A stretch of 64,000 bases of DNA, taken from the NCBI GenBank assembly GCA_951406725.2, contig OX597820.1:57226001-57290000 (forward strand). The letters are read 5' to 3'. The position numbers were made by a program, and so were the translations under genes. This DNA comes from Octopus vulgaris. Its lineage: Eukaryota. Positions 1 through 11,624 of this stretch are shown here, piece after piece. The notes under the pieces are model-generated. The model was given only the letters and a program-made list of their open reading frames with translations. It was not told the origin of the DNA and did no database searches. The first letter of the stretch is position 1; each line of letters begins with the position of its first letter.

Positions 1-586
1 GAGTATGTGCATATGTGTGTGTGTGTGCATGTATGAATCTTTGTGTGTGTATGTGAGTATGTGTGTGTGTGAGTGTCTGTGCATGTGAGTGTGTGTATGT
101 ATGTGTGTGTGTGTGTGTGAGTGCATAATTCAGAGAGGTACAAAATCAATTTTGTTGCAAGTTTTTGATAAAACTAATTTTTTCCCCACCTGTAGAGAGA
201 CTGGGAACTGCAGAGATTGAAATAATGCCATGTACTGAATTTACAATATGTTCTTGTGCACACCCAGACATGGAATGGCACTTGTGGGATTCAGTCTGAG
301 AGAACAACTTTTTCTAAAAGACTTTGTATGTTAAAAATATAACATTCTTCAAGTGGTGCCAAACAGACTTTCAGGCATCAGTAATTTGGTGTGATATCAT
401 TATCTCAGAAACAGATGCCACCTGGCCCATTTGAAGTTAGGAACTTCTGTTCTATATAAAAAATTTGTATGTTGAAACACCGGTGTCTAATAGTCTGCTG
501 ACATCATTTGGAGCATGTATTTTTAACTCATACAGTCTATTAGATGATGCTTTCCAAGTGAGTGCCTTTCCATGCTTGTGTATATA

Positions 587-1829
587 AAGGTGTTGGACAA
601 AATAATGGAAGCATTACAAACAAATTTATTTTAATATGGGGTAGGACTGCCTTTGGCAGTAATTACAGCTTGAATTCTATGAGGTATGGACTTGTACAAA
701 GTTTGAATTGTTTCCAAAAGAATTTTTGTCCATTCTTCAGCTAAAACAGTCTCCAGTTCTTGTAGTGATGATAGTGGAGGATACTGACTCCTTACTTGTT
801 TTTCTAAAATGCACCATAAATGTTCAATAATATTGAGTTCTGGGGACTTTGGTGGCCAGGTAAGATGTTCAACTTCACTAGAATGTTCCCTGTGCCATTC
901 AGTAACAACTTTAGCTGTGTAAATTGGAGCATTATCATCCTGAAAGATTGCATTTCCCTCCAGAAACAGTTTCGCAACCATAGGATGTATTTGATCAGAT
1001 AAAATGCTTAAATAGTCTTGACTGTTAATTCTGCCAAGAAAGGAAACCAATGGGCTGGTGGATTTCCAAGATATAGCCCCCACCTAGATCATCACAGATC
1101 CTCCTCCATGTTTAACAGTTGGAAGAAGGCAGTCTGGTCAAATGCTTCTTTTGGCTGGTGGTTGGAAATAAGGTAAATAATGACTCGTCCAAGAAAATAG
1201 CATTCTGCCATTGCTCTAGAGACTAATTCTGTAAGTTTTTACTCCACTCTAAATGCTTTGCAACGTTTGTTTTTGAAAGTAGTGGTTTTCTACTTGCAGC
1301 CCCCACCCGTGAAATCCGGCTTTGTCAAGCTCCCAGCGAACAGTTTTTGTGGAAACTGGGTTCTCAAGGTGGTCATTAAGCTCTGCCGTAATTTTGGGAG
1401 CTTTTGTGATCCTTTCTAACAATTCACATGAGAGTCCGATGGTCCCTATCTGAAAATTTTGGTTTTCTTCCGAAATTTTGTTTCAACAAGGAGGTTTTTC
1501 CCTTTTTCTCAAAGGCTGTCATTACTTTCGAGTCAATACTTCTTGATACACCAAACATTTTGGCTGTTTTCTGTATGCTAGTGCCTGCCATACGAACACC
1601 AACAATTTGACCTCTTTGAAAGTCTGATAGATCTGTCATTTTAATGAATTTTAATTACCTTTTTCTGATGATATCTTAAAAGAAACAGCAATTTCAACAA
1701 AATATATTAAGCAACACTAATAATAAATAAAAAAAATATAAAAATAAACAAGATTTTGACAGTTTTATAGATATTTCAAAATTATGATGTTATGATGCTA
1801 GGTGTTTCCATTATTTTGTCGAACACCTG
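587..1829 (-). mobile_element. Tc1/mariner DNA transposon, DD36E-type, decayed
   Basis: TIRs aaggtgttggacaaaataatggaagca (587) and tgtttccattattttgtcgaacacctg (to 1829), TA at left flank; ~1.24 kb; internal transposase fragments on - strand. Confidence 0.9.
631..1639 (-). pseudogene. Disrupted Tc1-family transposase
   Basis: N-terminal HTH MTDLSDFQRGQIVGVRMAG (1639-1424), IFLDES near 1190, FQDDNAP...WPPKSPELNIIEHLW (1083-631); stops and frameshifts between segments. Confidence 0.9.
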
Positions 1830-2702
1830 AATGAAAATATATGAATGTGTTATAAATGATGCATGCATCATTATTTTAATTTTTGACTCTTGACATTATG
1901 CAACAAAATTGTCAAAGACTGAATTTGCATGTTTATAAATCTGATCATTAAAAACATATTCTGCTGGGATTTGACCAGCAAACTGGTAGATTTTCTGTCT
2001 TTGGACAGATAAAATGTTGCAGAAGTTCCAAAACTTGATTACTTCACACAGTTTTATCATAACTTTAAGCTTTTATCATAACTGTATAAATTGAAAGAAA
2101 TGGTGAGAACCATTAACACTCTTGATACCAATAAGCATAAAAAAAAAGCACCTTTGGTTCTGTGACATAAGACACCTCTTAAATTATAACGTGTCTTGAA
2201 TGGCACAACAATACAGAGTGGATTATAATAACTGTTATAATTTAATTACCCATAACCTGATATAATAGATATATCTCAGAATGCAAAAATTCCTTCTTCA
2301 GACATTGCTAGGAATTGATCAAGTCACTGCTATAATTGATTTTCCAATGCTTACTGAAATTGTTTTTCCTGGAAGCATCTCTGCAGTGGTCTTGTGAAGG
2401 TCCTTCTGGAATTCCTCATGTGAAGTGCATGAGGGCAGCCATATCTCAAGCTTGTGTGTGTTGACACATCCGCAGCACTGCTTATAAGTTATGTATCTTT
2501 TTTTTTATTACTTGTTTCAGTCATTTGACAGTGGCCATGCTGGAGCACCTCGACCTGGGATAGGGTTCCATATTAGGTACTATTGACCAGAGCCAGCTAA
2601 ACCCAAGATTTATATCAAGCAAGGTCATTTATGTCCTGAAGAGAGGACTGAAGACCTTACCCACTATGCTAGCAATTTATGCACACACACTCACACACAT
2701 AC

Positions 2703-2756
<54 letters not shown>

Positions 2757-2760
<4 letters not shown>

Positions 2761-3015
2761 ATATAAAAGGGTGAAATTAATTAATTAGGGATAATTACAC
2801 CAAGTAGATTTCGGTATGTAAAAGCCCCATTCGAGGAAAATTTAAGTAATACTAAGTAATTAAGGGTTTAGCAACGAATTGCCTCACCAACACACCGAAT
2901 TTAGAAATAGCAGTCAAAGAGATATAGCTATTCCTTCTACTAAAAGGGGGATCTCAGTAAAAACACAGCACTTAAAAGGCAAACACAGACAGGTAAGAAA
3001 GAAAGAATGAAATGA
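2757..3015 (-). mobile_element. (TA)n-abutting non-coding element 3' end, related to 48084-48216
   Basis: Terminal motifs aagggtga...aatta...acaccaagt shared with the reverse complement of 48150-48216; directly abuts (TA)n. Confidence 0.45.
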
Positions 3016-3044
3016 CAGCAATCCATCATGCAATTTTAAGTTAC

Positions 3045-3212
3045 CTACGAGTGGTTGGTGTTAGGAAGGGCATCTAGCTGTAGAAACTCTGCCAGATCAG
3101 ATTGGAGCCTGGTGCAGCCATCTGGTTCGCCAGTCCTCAGTCAAATCATCCAACCCATGCTAGCATGGAAAGCGGATGTTATACGATGATGATGATGATG
3201 GTGATGATGATG
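3045..3212 (+). mobile_element. SINE/RTE 3' tail (family C)
   Basis: gagtggttggtgttaggaagggcatctagctgtagaaac...ccatgctagcatggaaagcgga followed by (GAT)n tail. Confidence 0.8.
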
Positions 3213-4042
3213 ATATATATAATTATTTAATAACCACTGATTATATCATCTCAGTTCTTTAATCCAAAGTAGCTGTGAACACTTTCCATACATCCCTGAT
3301 GGAAGAATAAACATCCTAGTTAAGTGTAATTTGAGTTTTTAATTCCTAATGGTTTCAGAACCACAGCCAAAGATATAAAGAAAGAGCGGATAGGGAATTA
3401 GACTGAAGTAATTATTTTTGCTGATGATATTAATGTAGGTAATGAAAAGTTTATGCCGTAATGTGTAAAGGTATCTATTAACTTTGTTAATTAAACTGAA
3501 TATTGAAAGAATTTAATTAAAATATTCTACTTCTTTATTATTTCACATTAATTTTACTACCACATTTTCATTGGCAAGATTTTCATATGAGTAATCATTT
3601 ATTTGGTTATGTGTTGTCTTTTTTATCTTTTACCGCTTTCAATTTACTGTTTAGTAGAAACAAAATGTGGAATTTTTCGTTTAAGCAAAGTGGATCGGTA
3701 TCATGTACCTTGCTCAGGAGCACAAAGCAACTGAACTCTTGATCATCTAGATTAGTCATTTAGTATCTTAGTATCTCATAGTTATGGTATATTTTATATT
3801 TTTTACTTGTTTCAGTCATTGGATTGCAGCCATACTGACACATCATCTTAAAGGGTTTAACTGAACAAATCAACTCCAGTCCTTATTTTCTAAGTCTGGT
3901 TGGTACTTAGTATATTAGTCTCTTTTTCTGAACCACTAAGTTATAAGTTATGGGGATGTAAACAAACCAACACTGCTTGTCAAGTGTAGGTTTGTCAAGG
4001 CAAACACAAGTTCTAAGATACACAGATATATACATATATATA

Positions 4043-4213
4043 CAGTTGTGACCAAAAGTTTGAAGCGTAAGTCTGAAAATTAGAATTTTTATATTAAATG
4101 CCCAGTTATTAGGTAAGCATATCTCTATGCTGAATATACTTGAATCAAATTGTTCTTGGGCATAACGATTTTAATTTAACAAAAAAAATGTTCCAAACTT
4201 TTGGCCACAACTG
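4043..4213. mobile_element. Tc1/mariner-type MITE inserted in a SINE
   Basis: TIRs cagttgtgaccaaaagtttg / caaacttttggccacaactg with TA on both flanks. Confidence 0.85.
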
Positions 4214-4512
4214 TATATTTATCATCCCATCTAGCTATCTGTCTGCTGTCTGTCTATATATGAATCGGTCTATTTACATATGAATAGCTTTCACACAGTC
4301 TCTGTCTACCAAATTCTCTCACAAGACATTGGTTGACCTTTCTTTCTGCGTTTTTTTTTTTTTTGGTGGAAGAGTGTAGGCTCTAAACGTTAAAGACCTT
4401 TTCACTTCCTGAGTGTTAAACTAATACATATGTTTGTTGTCTAACCACCTGTCTTCGTCTTTTGCTTTTTTTGTGAATTCTCCCCCCCCCCTCTCTCTCT
4501 ATATATATATAA

Positions 4513-4712
4513 AGTTAATCCAAACATGAAAACACAAAGCAAAAGCACAACAACGCGAGGACGTGGAACAAGTAAAGTATTATTGGATGCTCAGGAAAGA
4601 AGGAGGGTTTAACGTTTTGAGCGGAGCTCTTTGTCAGAAACATAGGAAAAGGAAAGATGCAAAGAAGGGAAGACGGAGGGAAAAAAATCACCAATGGTAC
4701 ACACACAGTCGT
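4513..4712 (-). mobile_element. ~200 bp non-autonomous element with hammerhead-like motif (copy 1)
   Basis: Reverse complement is colinear with 15398-15592; both ends abut TA-rich tracts; motif at 4607-4641. Confidence 0.75.
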
Positions 4713-5840
4713 ATATAAATATATATATATATATATATATACACGATGGGCTTCTTTCAGTTTCCATTTACTAAATTCTCTCACAAAGCATTGGTTAGCC
4801 TGAGGCTATAGCAGAAGACACTTGCTCAAAGTGCTGTGGAATGGGACTGAACCTAAGACCATAGTTTGGAAAAGCAAGTATCTTAACCACACTGCCATGG
4901 TGTGTACCTATGAAGTGGGGGTATATTTTATAGGAAGCAAGTAATTCTTCTAAGGAATGACTAGTGTTAAAAACAGAATTGTCAGAATATATAAATAAAA
5001 TAACACAATTGAAAGTATTTCATTAATACAAAGCAGGAATTGTTGGCGAAATCCAGATATCTTTGATGGTCATTTTGGCCTGGAGTTACTGTCTCTATTT
5101 GTCCTGATGAAATGGCCATTGGAATTTAAAGTTTTCTTTCTCAAAAGAAGTTCTTTCTGAACGTAACAAAAGGAAGATAATTTACAACACTGTCAAAGGA
5201 ACCAGTTGCAAATTCAGTGAAGCAGAGACCATTGAAATGGCATTGGAAGAGACAGAGAGAATAGATGGTTTCATATTTGGCCAATGGCTGGGGAATGTGG
5301 GTGAGCAAACATTTTGCTTATTATTCAAATAGCTTTGACATAGATCTCATTGAAAATGTTAGTAAGGATATAGGTATTTCTGCATGTAAGTAAGTAGGTA
5401 TGCATGCATACATATGTGTCTGTGTGTGTTTGTGTAAATCAGTGGATGTGATTGTATGCCTGTGGGCATGCAGTGTGGTGTATGCATGCTCTCCCTTTAT
5501 GATGAGCTCTTCACTGTTGATCATATCTGTGCTATATGACAAATAAGCAGCAGTTGAGAACTGTAGTATTTACGTTTACAGAAGTGAACGATTAGTGAGA
5601 AATTAATGGAAATATATATATAAGAAATGAGTTCTTGCGGAATGCAACCCGATTCAAGAGCTGTCCATATACGGCAGTCTAAGTTAAATAAATTGTCAAC
5701 AGGTTAAACCTGTCTTCTGCTGATTGATATAAATGCGCCTTTTTCTCCTTCTTTCTTTAACCTTTTTTTATTTCTAGTTTGTTTGTTTGTTTGGTTAGTT
5801 CAAATTGTTTTTTTTTTCTTTTTCTTCTTCTGCTTTGCAG

Positions 5841-5872
5841 AGCTCTGCATCAGATTGAATAAAAGTATTAAA
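5841..5872 (+). other. Candidate 32-nt micro-exon
   Basis: Long polypyrimidine tract ending tttgcag, then gtcagt donor; one open frame (E)LCIRLNKSIK; no homology recognised. Confidence 0.25.
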
Positions 5873-6531
5873 GTCAGTTTTTAGTAGATGACATTAATAT
5901 ATTTATTTATATTTATTGAACAGCTGTGGTCTGTGGAGAGTGTGTGTGGGTGTGGGGTAGTGGTGGTGGTGGTGGTGGTGGGGAAGGAGTTCCGGTGAAA
6001 TTGTCTTCGTTCATTTGTTCATTTGTGTCTATGTCTGCCTATGAAAGCTATAGCTGGTCTTGGATGCTAGACAAATAGTATTCATTAATCTTCTTTACCA
6101 AAATCACTCTTCTTCAGATTTGTGTGTGTGTGTGTGTGTGTACGTGCGCATGTATGCGTGTGTGTTCGTGCACAAGAGTGAGAGAGAAAGAGTGATAGAG
6201 AAAGATATCTGTGTATATATGTGTTGGGATGTCTCTGCATATGTCTATGCCTGTCTACATGTAAATGTCTGTATCTGTTTGTATGTGTGTACGTGTTTGT
6301 TTGTTTGTTCGTGTGTGTGTGTGCATGTGTGTATGTCTCTTTATTTGTGTGTGTATGTGTGAGTGCACGTGTGTATGTCTCTTTATTTGTGTGTGTATGT
6401 GCATGTGAGAGAATGATAGAGGAAAAGAAATATCTCTATGTGTATGTGTATTCAAGATGTCTGTATATATGTACGTCTGTCTGCATGTTAATGTTTGTGT
6501 ATATGTGTGTGTGTGTTTGTGTGCGCATACA

Positions 6532-6890
6532 TGTATGCATGTGTAAATGTACCTGATCTTGTGTATGTATGCATGTATGTATGTATGTATGTATGTATGT
6601 ATGTATGTATGTGTATGTCTTTGTGTATTTATATGTGTGTGTTCTAAATTGATTAAAGAATTCTTGGTTTTGAGAACTTAATCTCTCTTTGTTTCTTCTT
6701 AGTTTGAGATTGTGGCAAAAATTTCTGGAAAATAAGTTGGCATAAAAATAATCTTATTGCAATATTTTTTACCCTCTTTACGTCTACAATATTATATTCC
6801 TGTGTCTTTTTATTTCAATCTTTTCCGATGGCATCTTTGGCTATTTATTTCATTGTTGTATTTTATTTAGTTATCTTTTCATCTATTTAT
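6532..6890 (+). repeat. Unique segment duplicated in inverted orientation at 50551-50873
   Basis: e.g. gagattgtggcaaaaatttctggaaaataagttggcataaaaataatcttattgcaata matches the reverse complement around 50677-50737. Confidence 0.9.
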
Positions 6891-7198
6891 TTGTTGTTAT
6901 CATTATTATTACTGTTGTTGTTGTTGTTGTTATCATTTATTATCTCTTCTCTTCTATACTGACATGGACTGGATGGTTGTGAAAACTTAGGTCTTTGCAA
7001 AAACAAAAATCATTAGAACCAAAACATACCACAATGGAATGCTCTGAACACTGACCATTGAACAATAACAGAGAATTGTTGAAGAACTGACAGTAACCGA
7101 AATGGTTCCTATCAACTCTTCCAGATGCTGACTATTTAACAGAGAGGCAGTCAATCAAATATTTGAAAGTGACTTGTGATTCTTTACTCCTTAAGTTG

Positions 7199-7837
7199 TA
7201 GAGGCACATGGCTTGGTGGTTAGGGTGTTGGACTTACAATGATCATAAGACTGTGGTTTCAATTCCTGGACTGGGCAACATGATGTGTTCTTGAGGAAAA
7301 CATTTCATTTCATGTTGCTCTAGTCCATTCAGCTGGCAAAAATGAGTAACCTTGTGACAGACCGGTGCCCTACCTAGGTGGGGAATATATATGCATGAAA
7401 CTGGGTAATTGGCCCTTATGAGTCAGTATGACTTGAGAAGGTGACTTTACAGTTCTATATTTAAGAGATGAGGAATTATATATATTATTTATATCATTTA
7501 CATTATTTACATTCGATGGATATTTCTCGAATGTCATATGCTCACGGGCATATGGTGTAGTGGTTAAGAGCATGGGCTACTAACCCTAAGATTCCGAGTT
7601 CGATTTCAAGCAGTGACCTGAACACTAACAATAATAATAATAATAATAATGATAACAAAAACAACAACAACTACATTGAAAAATACCTTAGGAATGAGAA
7701 CCCACGTTCGAAATTTCCCCGAGAAACCTGAAGAAGGCTGGAGGGTATATCAGCTGAAACATTGTGTTAACAACAAACAAGATGAGGACAAATATCCGTC
7801 GAATGTAAATAATGTAAATAAGGTGACTTTATCTTTA
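7199..7837 (+). mobile_element. tRNA-derived SINE (family D) hosting a nested insertion
   Basis: Head ggcacatggcttggtggttagg; 16-bp TSD tttactccttaagttg at 7183-7198 and 7838-7853. Confidence 0.8.
7450..7819 (+). mobile_element. tRNA-headed element with hammerhead-like motif and inverted terminal copy
   Basis: 12-bp TSD aaggtgacttta (7438-7449, 7820-7831); A/B boxes at 7553-7605; CTGAAGA-stem-GAAA at 7724-7768; inverted repeat 7496-7525 vs 7790-7819. Confidence 0.75.
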
Positions 7838-7874
7838 TTTACTCCTTAAGTTGATTCCAACTATTGTTGTTTAA

Positions 7875-8095
7875 TTCTATAGCATTTAAACTGGTCATAT
7901 CCAGTCGAAATAATCTTCTTGTTTTTATGTTCAAACTGACCAAATCTGGCCCCTCACTCCTACCCTACAATGTCATTCTAAAAATAAACTACCATATCAG
8001 CAGTATCTCAAACCTATGAGATAATACATTATTAATTCAACACAATCTGAATAAATAATCATTACATTTGACAAAGTTGTCTGAATGCTAAAGAG
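7875..8095. mobile_element. TTAA-flanked MITE (piggyBac-like)
   Basis: ttaa|ttctatagcatt ... aatgctaaagag|ttaa; related partial copy in reverse orientation at 34571-35105. Confidence 0.6.
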
Positions 8096-8364
8096 TTAAT
8101 GACATATTCTGGCCCCAAGACATGCTGGAATTTCTCATTTACTTACTAAAGTCCATCCACTCCCTATGAAGTATAGGCCATTCATGATTTATTTCCACTA
8201 TTGCTGCAGGAGTGGCTGTGTGATAGGTAGCTTGCTTACCAACCACCTGGTTCTGGGTTCAGTTCCACTGTTTGGCACCTTAGGCAAGTGTCTTCTGCTA
8301 TAGCCATGGGCCAACCAAAGCTTTGTGAGTGGATTTGGTGGACAGAAACTGAAAGAAGCCTGTC

Positions 8365-8395
<31 letters not shown>

Positions 8396-8397
8396 GA

Positions 8398-8795
8398 GGC
8401 GCAGGAGTGGCTGTGTGGTAAGTAGCTTGCTAACCAACCACATGGTTCCGGGTTCAGTCCCACTGCGTGGCACCTTGGGCAAGTGTCTTCTGCTATAGCC
8501 CTGGGCCGACCAATGCCTTGTGAGTGGATTTGGTAGACGGAAACTGAAAGTAGCCTGTCGTATATATGTATGTGTGTGTGTTTGTGTGTCTGTGTTTGTC
8601 CCCCTAGCATTGCTTGACAACAGATGCTGGTGTGTTTACGTCCCCGTCACTTAGCGGTTTGGCAAAAGAGACCGATAGAATAAGTACTGGGCTTACAAAG
8701 AATAAGTCCCGGGGTCGATTTGCTCGACTAAAGGCAGTGCTCCAGCATGGCTGCAGTCAAATGACTGAAACACGTAAAAGAGTAAAGAGTAAGAG
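8398..8795 (+). mobile_element. Full-length tRNA-derived SINE (family A)
   Basis: ggcgcaggagtggctgtgtggtaagtagc head, internal (TA)(TG)n, AGAGTAA-type repeat tail; a second head fragment lies just upstream (8204-8365). Confidence 0.9.
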
Positions 8796-8806
8796 TATAT
8801 GTATAT

Positions 8807-8876
<70 letters not shown>

Positions 8877-9295
8877 GTATATATATAAGGGGAGAATACC
8901 ACTTAGCATTTCACCCAGCATGCTAACGTTTCTGCCAGTTAACATTTCTGTCTACCAAATCCACTCACAAGGCTTTGGGTCAATTTGAAGCTCTAGTAGA
9001 AGACACTTGCTGAAGGTGTCACACAGTGGGACTGAACCTGGAATAGTACTGACAGGAAGCAAATTTCTTGCCACACACCCATGGCTGCACCTAGATGTGG
9101 TTCAATTAAAAAAAATAAATTAGTCATCAGAAAATTGACTTAATTATATTCATATGTGATATGACTTTTGTATGGATGTGAAAATTTATTCAGACATTTC
9201 CCAGGAGAGAGACATAGTAAAGGTTATTATGCACTGTTTCTATCAGCATAGGCCAAGAATTCAAATTTGTTATTAAACATATTTGTGGTTAATTA

Positions 9296-9590
9296 CTGAT
9301 TGCTCAATGGTTAGAGCATTTGGCCCACAATCATGAGGTTGTGAGTTTGATTTCCAGACCGGGCTGTGTGTTATGTTCTTGAGCCAAGACACTTTATTTC
9401 ACGTTGCTCCAGTCGCTGTGGAAATGAGTTGCGATATCACTGGTTCCAAGCTGTATCGGCCTTTGCCTTTCCCTGGCGTAGAGAGGGGAGGCTGATATGC
9501 ATGGGTGACTGCTGGTCTTCCATAAATCCTTGTCCAGACTTGTTCTTAGGAGGAGAACTTTCTAGGAGCAATCCCATGGTCATTCATGAC
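9296..9590 (+). mobile_element. tRNA-derived SINE (family D-related)
   Basis: gctcaatggttagagc...gttcttgagccaagacactttatttcacgttgctccagtc shared with 7199, 25835 and 63707 copies. Confidence 0.65.
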
Positions 9591-9666
9591 ACTTGCCCAA
9601 GGTGTCATGCAGTAGAACTGAACCTAGAACCACGTGGTTAGGAAGCAATTATATCTAAGATACAAC

Positions 9667-9995
9667 CGCCAAGTCCAGTCCTTGTTGCAGGGTGGTGGCT
9701 TGTGTGCCCCAATGACCCTGGGAGCCATGCTAGTGGAAAGTAAGCTTTTGTTAGGACCTCCCATGCTGGACAGGTCAAAGGACAGAGATCAGACTAATAT
9801 GGACCCTGTCACCTCTGTCTAGAGGTAAAAATGGGTTTGCATAGACCCAACACCCCTATCTACAAAAAAAACAAAAAAAACTAAGTTACAGAAGCATCAA
9901 TGACAATTCAAACCCATCAAGACCTGAGAGAGGAAGGCCTTCCTTCATGGGGTGCCATCCTCACGCTTCTGACGGGGTGGATCTGAAGACAGCCC
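9667..9995 (+). mobile_element. RTE-clade LINE 5' UTR-like fragment
   Basis: ccttgttgcagggtggtggcttgtgtgccccaatgaccctgggagccatgc resembles the conserved RTE/BovB 5' motif (from recall, not searched). Confidence 0.5.
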
Positions 9996-11204
9996 AGTGT
10001 TGTGAACAGAGGAAAAAATGTTTTTGATAGCCTGTGCTTCATAGGGAGCAAATGGTTTAAGTAAGTGAATATATCTAAGGTAATGGTTTCAGATTTTGGC
10101 ACAAGGCCAGCAACTTTAGGGGAGAGCATAAGTTGATTACATTGATCCCCAGTACTCAACTGATACTTATTTTATTGACTCTGAAGGAATGAAAGATAAA
10201 GTTGACCTTAGAAGAGTTTGAACTCAGAACGTGGGGCTAGATGAAATGCCACTAAGCATTTTGTCCAGCATGCTAACGATTCTGCCAGCTCACTACTTTA
10301 GTATATCTAAGATAATATATTGGTGATGTCGGAAAATCTTTCATCACACACCTGTGACCTCTTCAGCAACTCTTCCATTTCACATAGTGTGATATCTTCT
10401 TCCTTTTTAAAAGCGGCAAGGTGTTACATTAAGAGGACTTGATTATTATATCTAGCAGACCAGGCAGCCACATACAAGCAACTTGCCTTAGCTCATGCTT
10501 TTAGAATGTTAAGCATTGTTTCTATTTCTTTACCAAAGTCTACCCCATGTGCTGTGACTGTGAATATTGCAGACGTTATTTATATATAAATCCTAGAATT
10601 TTAGTTTCTCTGTGTTTGTAATATATTCATGTTGTTTCGTGTCACGATTGGTTGTATTGATGTTCTTTGATTGGTATTGCCACTAAGAAAACAGATGGTG
10701 TATTTTAGTAGATGTTTTTATTAGTTCAGAAACTGTTTTATCTTTATTTGTTTTTTAACATCATGATCATCATCATGATGATCATCATCATCATAATAAT
10801 AATAATTATTATTATTTTTGGTGGTTGCGGAAAAGTTAGAGTATGTTTAAGCAATGGTTGAAGTAGTTTAGTCTTGTCAATAACATGATAACGTTTTGAA
10901 TGTGTTTTATTCTTTCAACTTGTGATGTTTGTAAATGAGCATTACCATCATCGTACAAGTGATATTGTTCGTGTCCAGCCTTCCATAATACACACACACA
11001 CACACACAAACATACTCACACACACATCACACACACACATACACAGACACACACACACACACACACACATACATGCCTGATCAAGTAAGAGGAAATATTA
11101 CCTTAGTTGGAAAGCACATAAATGTTGGTGACAGGAAAGGTATCCAGCCATAAAGATAAATTGCCTAAGCAAATTGTGTCTGAGCCATGCAAGCATGGAA
11201 AAGT

Positions 11205-11452
11205 GGACGTTAAATAATGATGATGATGGCAATGATGATGATGATGATGATATGATGATGATGATGACGATGACGATGAAGCTGACTACGACGATGATGA
11301 CAACAATAATGATGACGACGATAACAACAGCAACAACGATGATGACAATGAATTCAACAGTGGCAAGAACAACAATGATGGTATTGATGATGATGATGAG
11401 GAGGAGGATGATGATGATGATGATGACAACGACGACGATGACGATGATGATA

Positions 11453-11483
<31 letters not shown>

Positions 11484-11530
11484 CGACGATGATGATGATG
11501 ATGACGACGACGACGACGATGATGATGATG
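11205..11530. repeat. Degenerate (GAT/GAC)n tract
   Basis: Direct inspection; source of poly-M/poly-H/poly-I pseudo-ORFs. Confidence 0.9.
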
Positions 11531-11624
11531 TTGAACACAGTTTCTGAAGTACAGAAACCCTATTATGGATTGAACAGAATTTGTTAAGGCAGATTCTCTA
11601 CAGCTAGATGCCTCTCCTTTTATC

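Noticed and set aside
121-586. Possible piggyBac-like transposase C-terminal remnant on the - strand, interrupted by the Tc1 element
   Set aside because: Only vague Cys-containing fragments across frames; cannot be supported without a search
3292-3380. CTGATGG...-containing segment resembling a long-stem hammerhead
   Set aside because: Both core halves are degenerate and no clear stems are present
5100-5135. CTGATGA-aatg/catt hairpin
   Set aside because: Followed by GGAA with no stem I or III pairing
6060-6556. ORFs rich in C/V/Y or H/T/I here and throughout the window
   Set aside because: Translations of (TG)n, (TA)n and (CA)n microsatellites
7546-7615. tRNA gene
   Set aside because: No intact acceptor stem or terminator; it is the head of a mobile element
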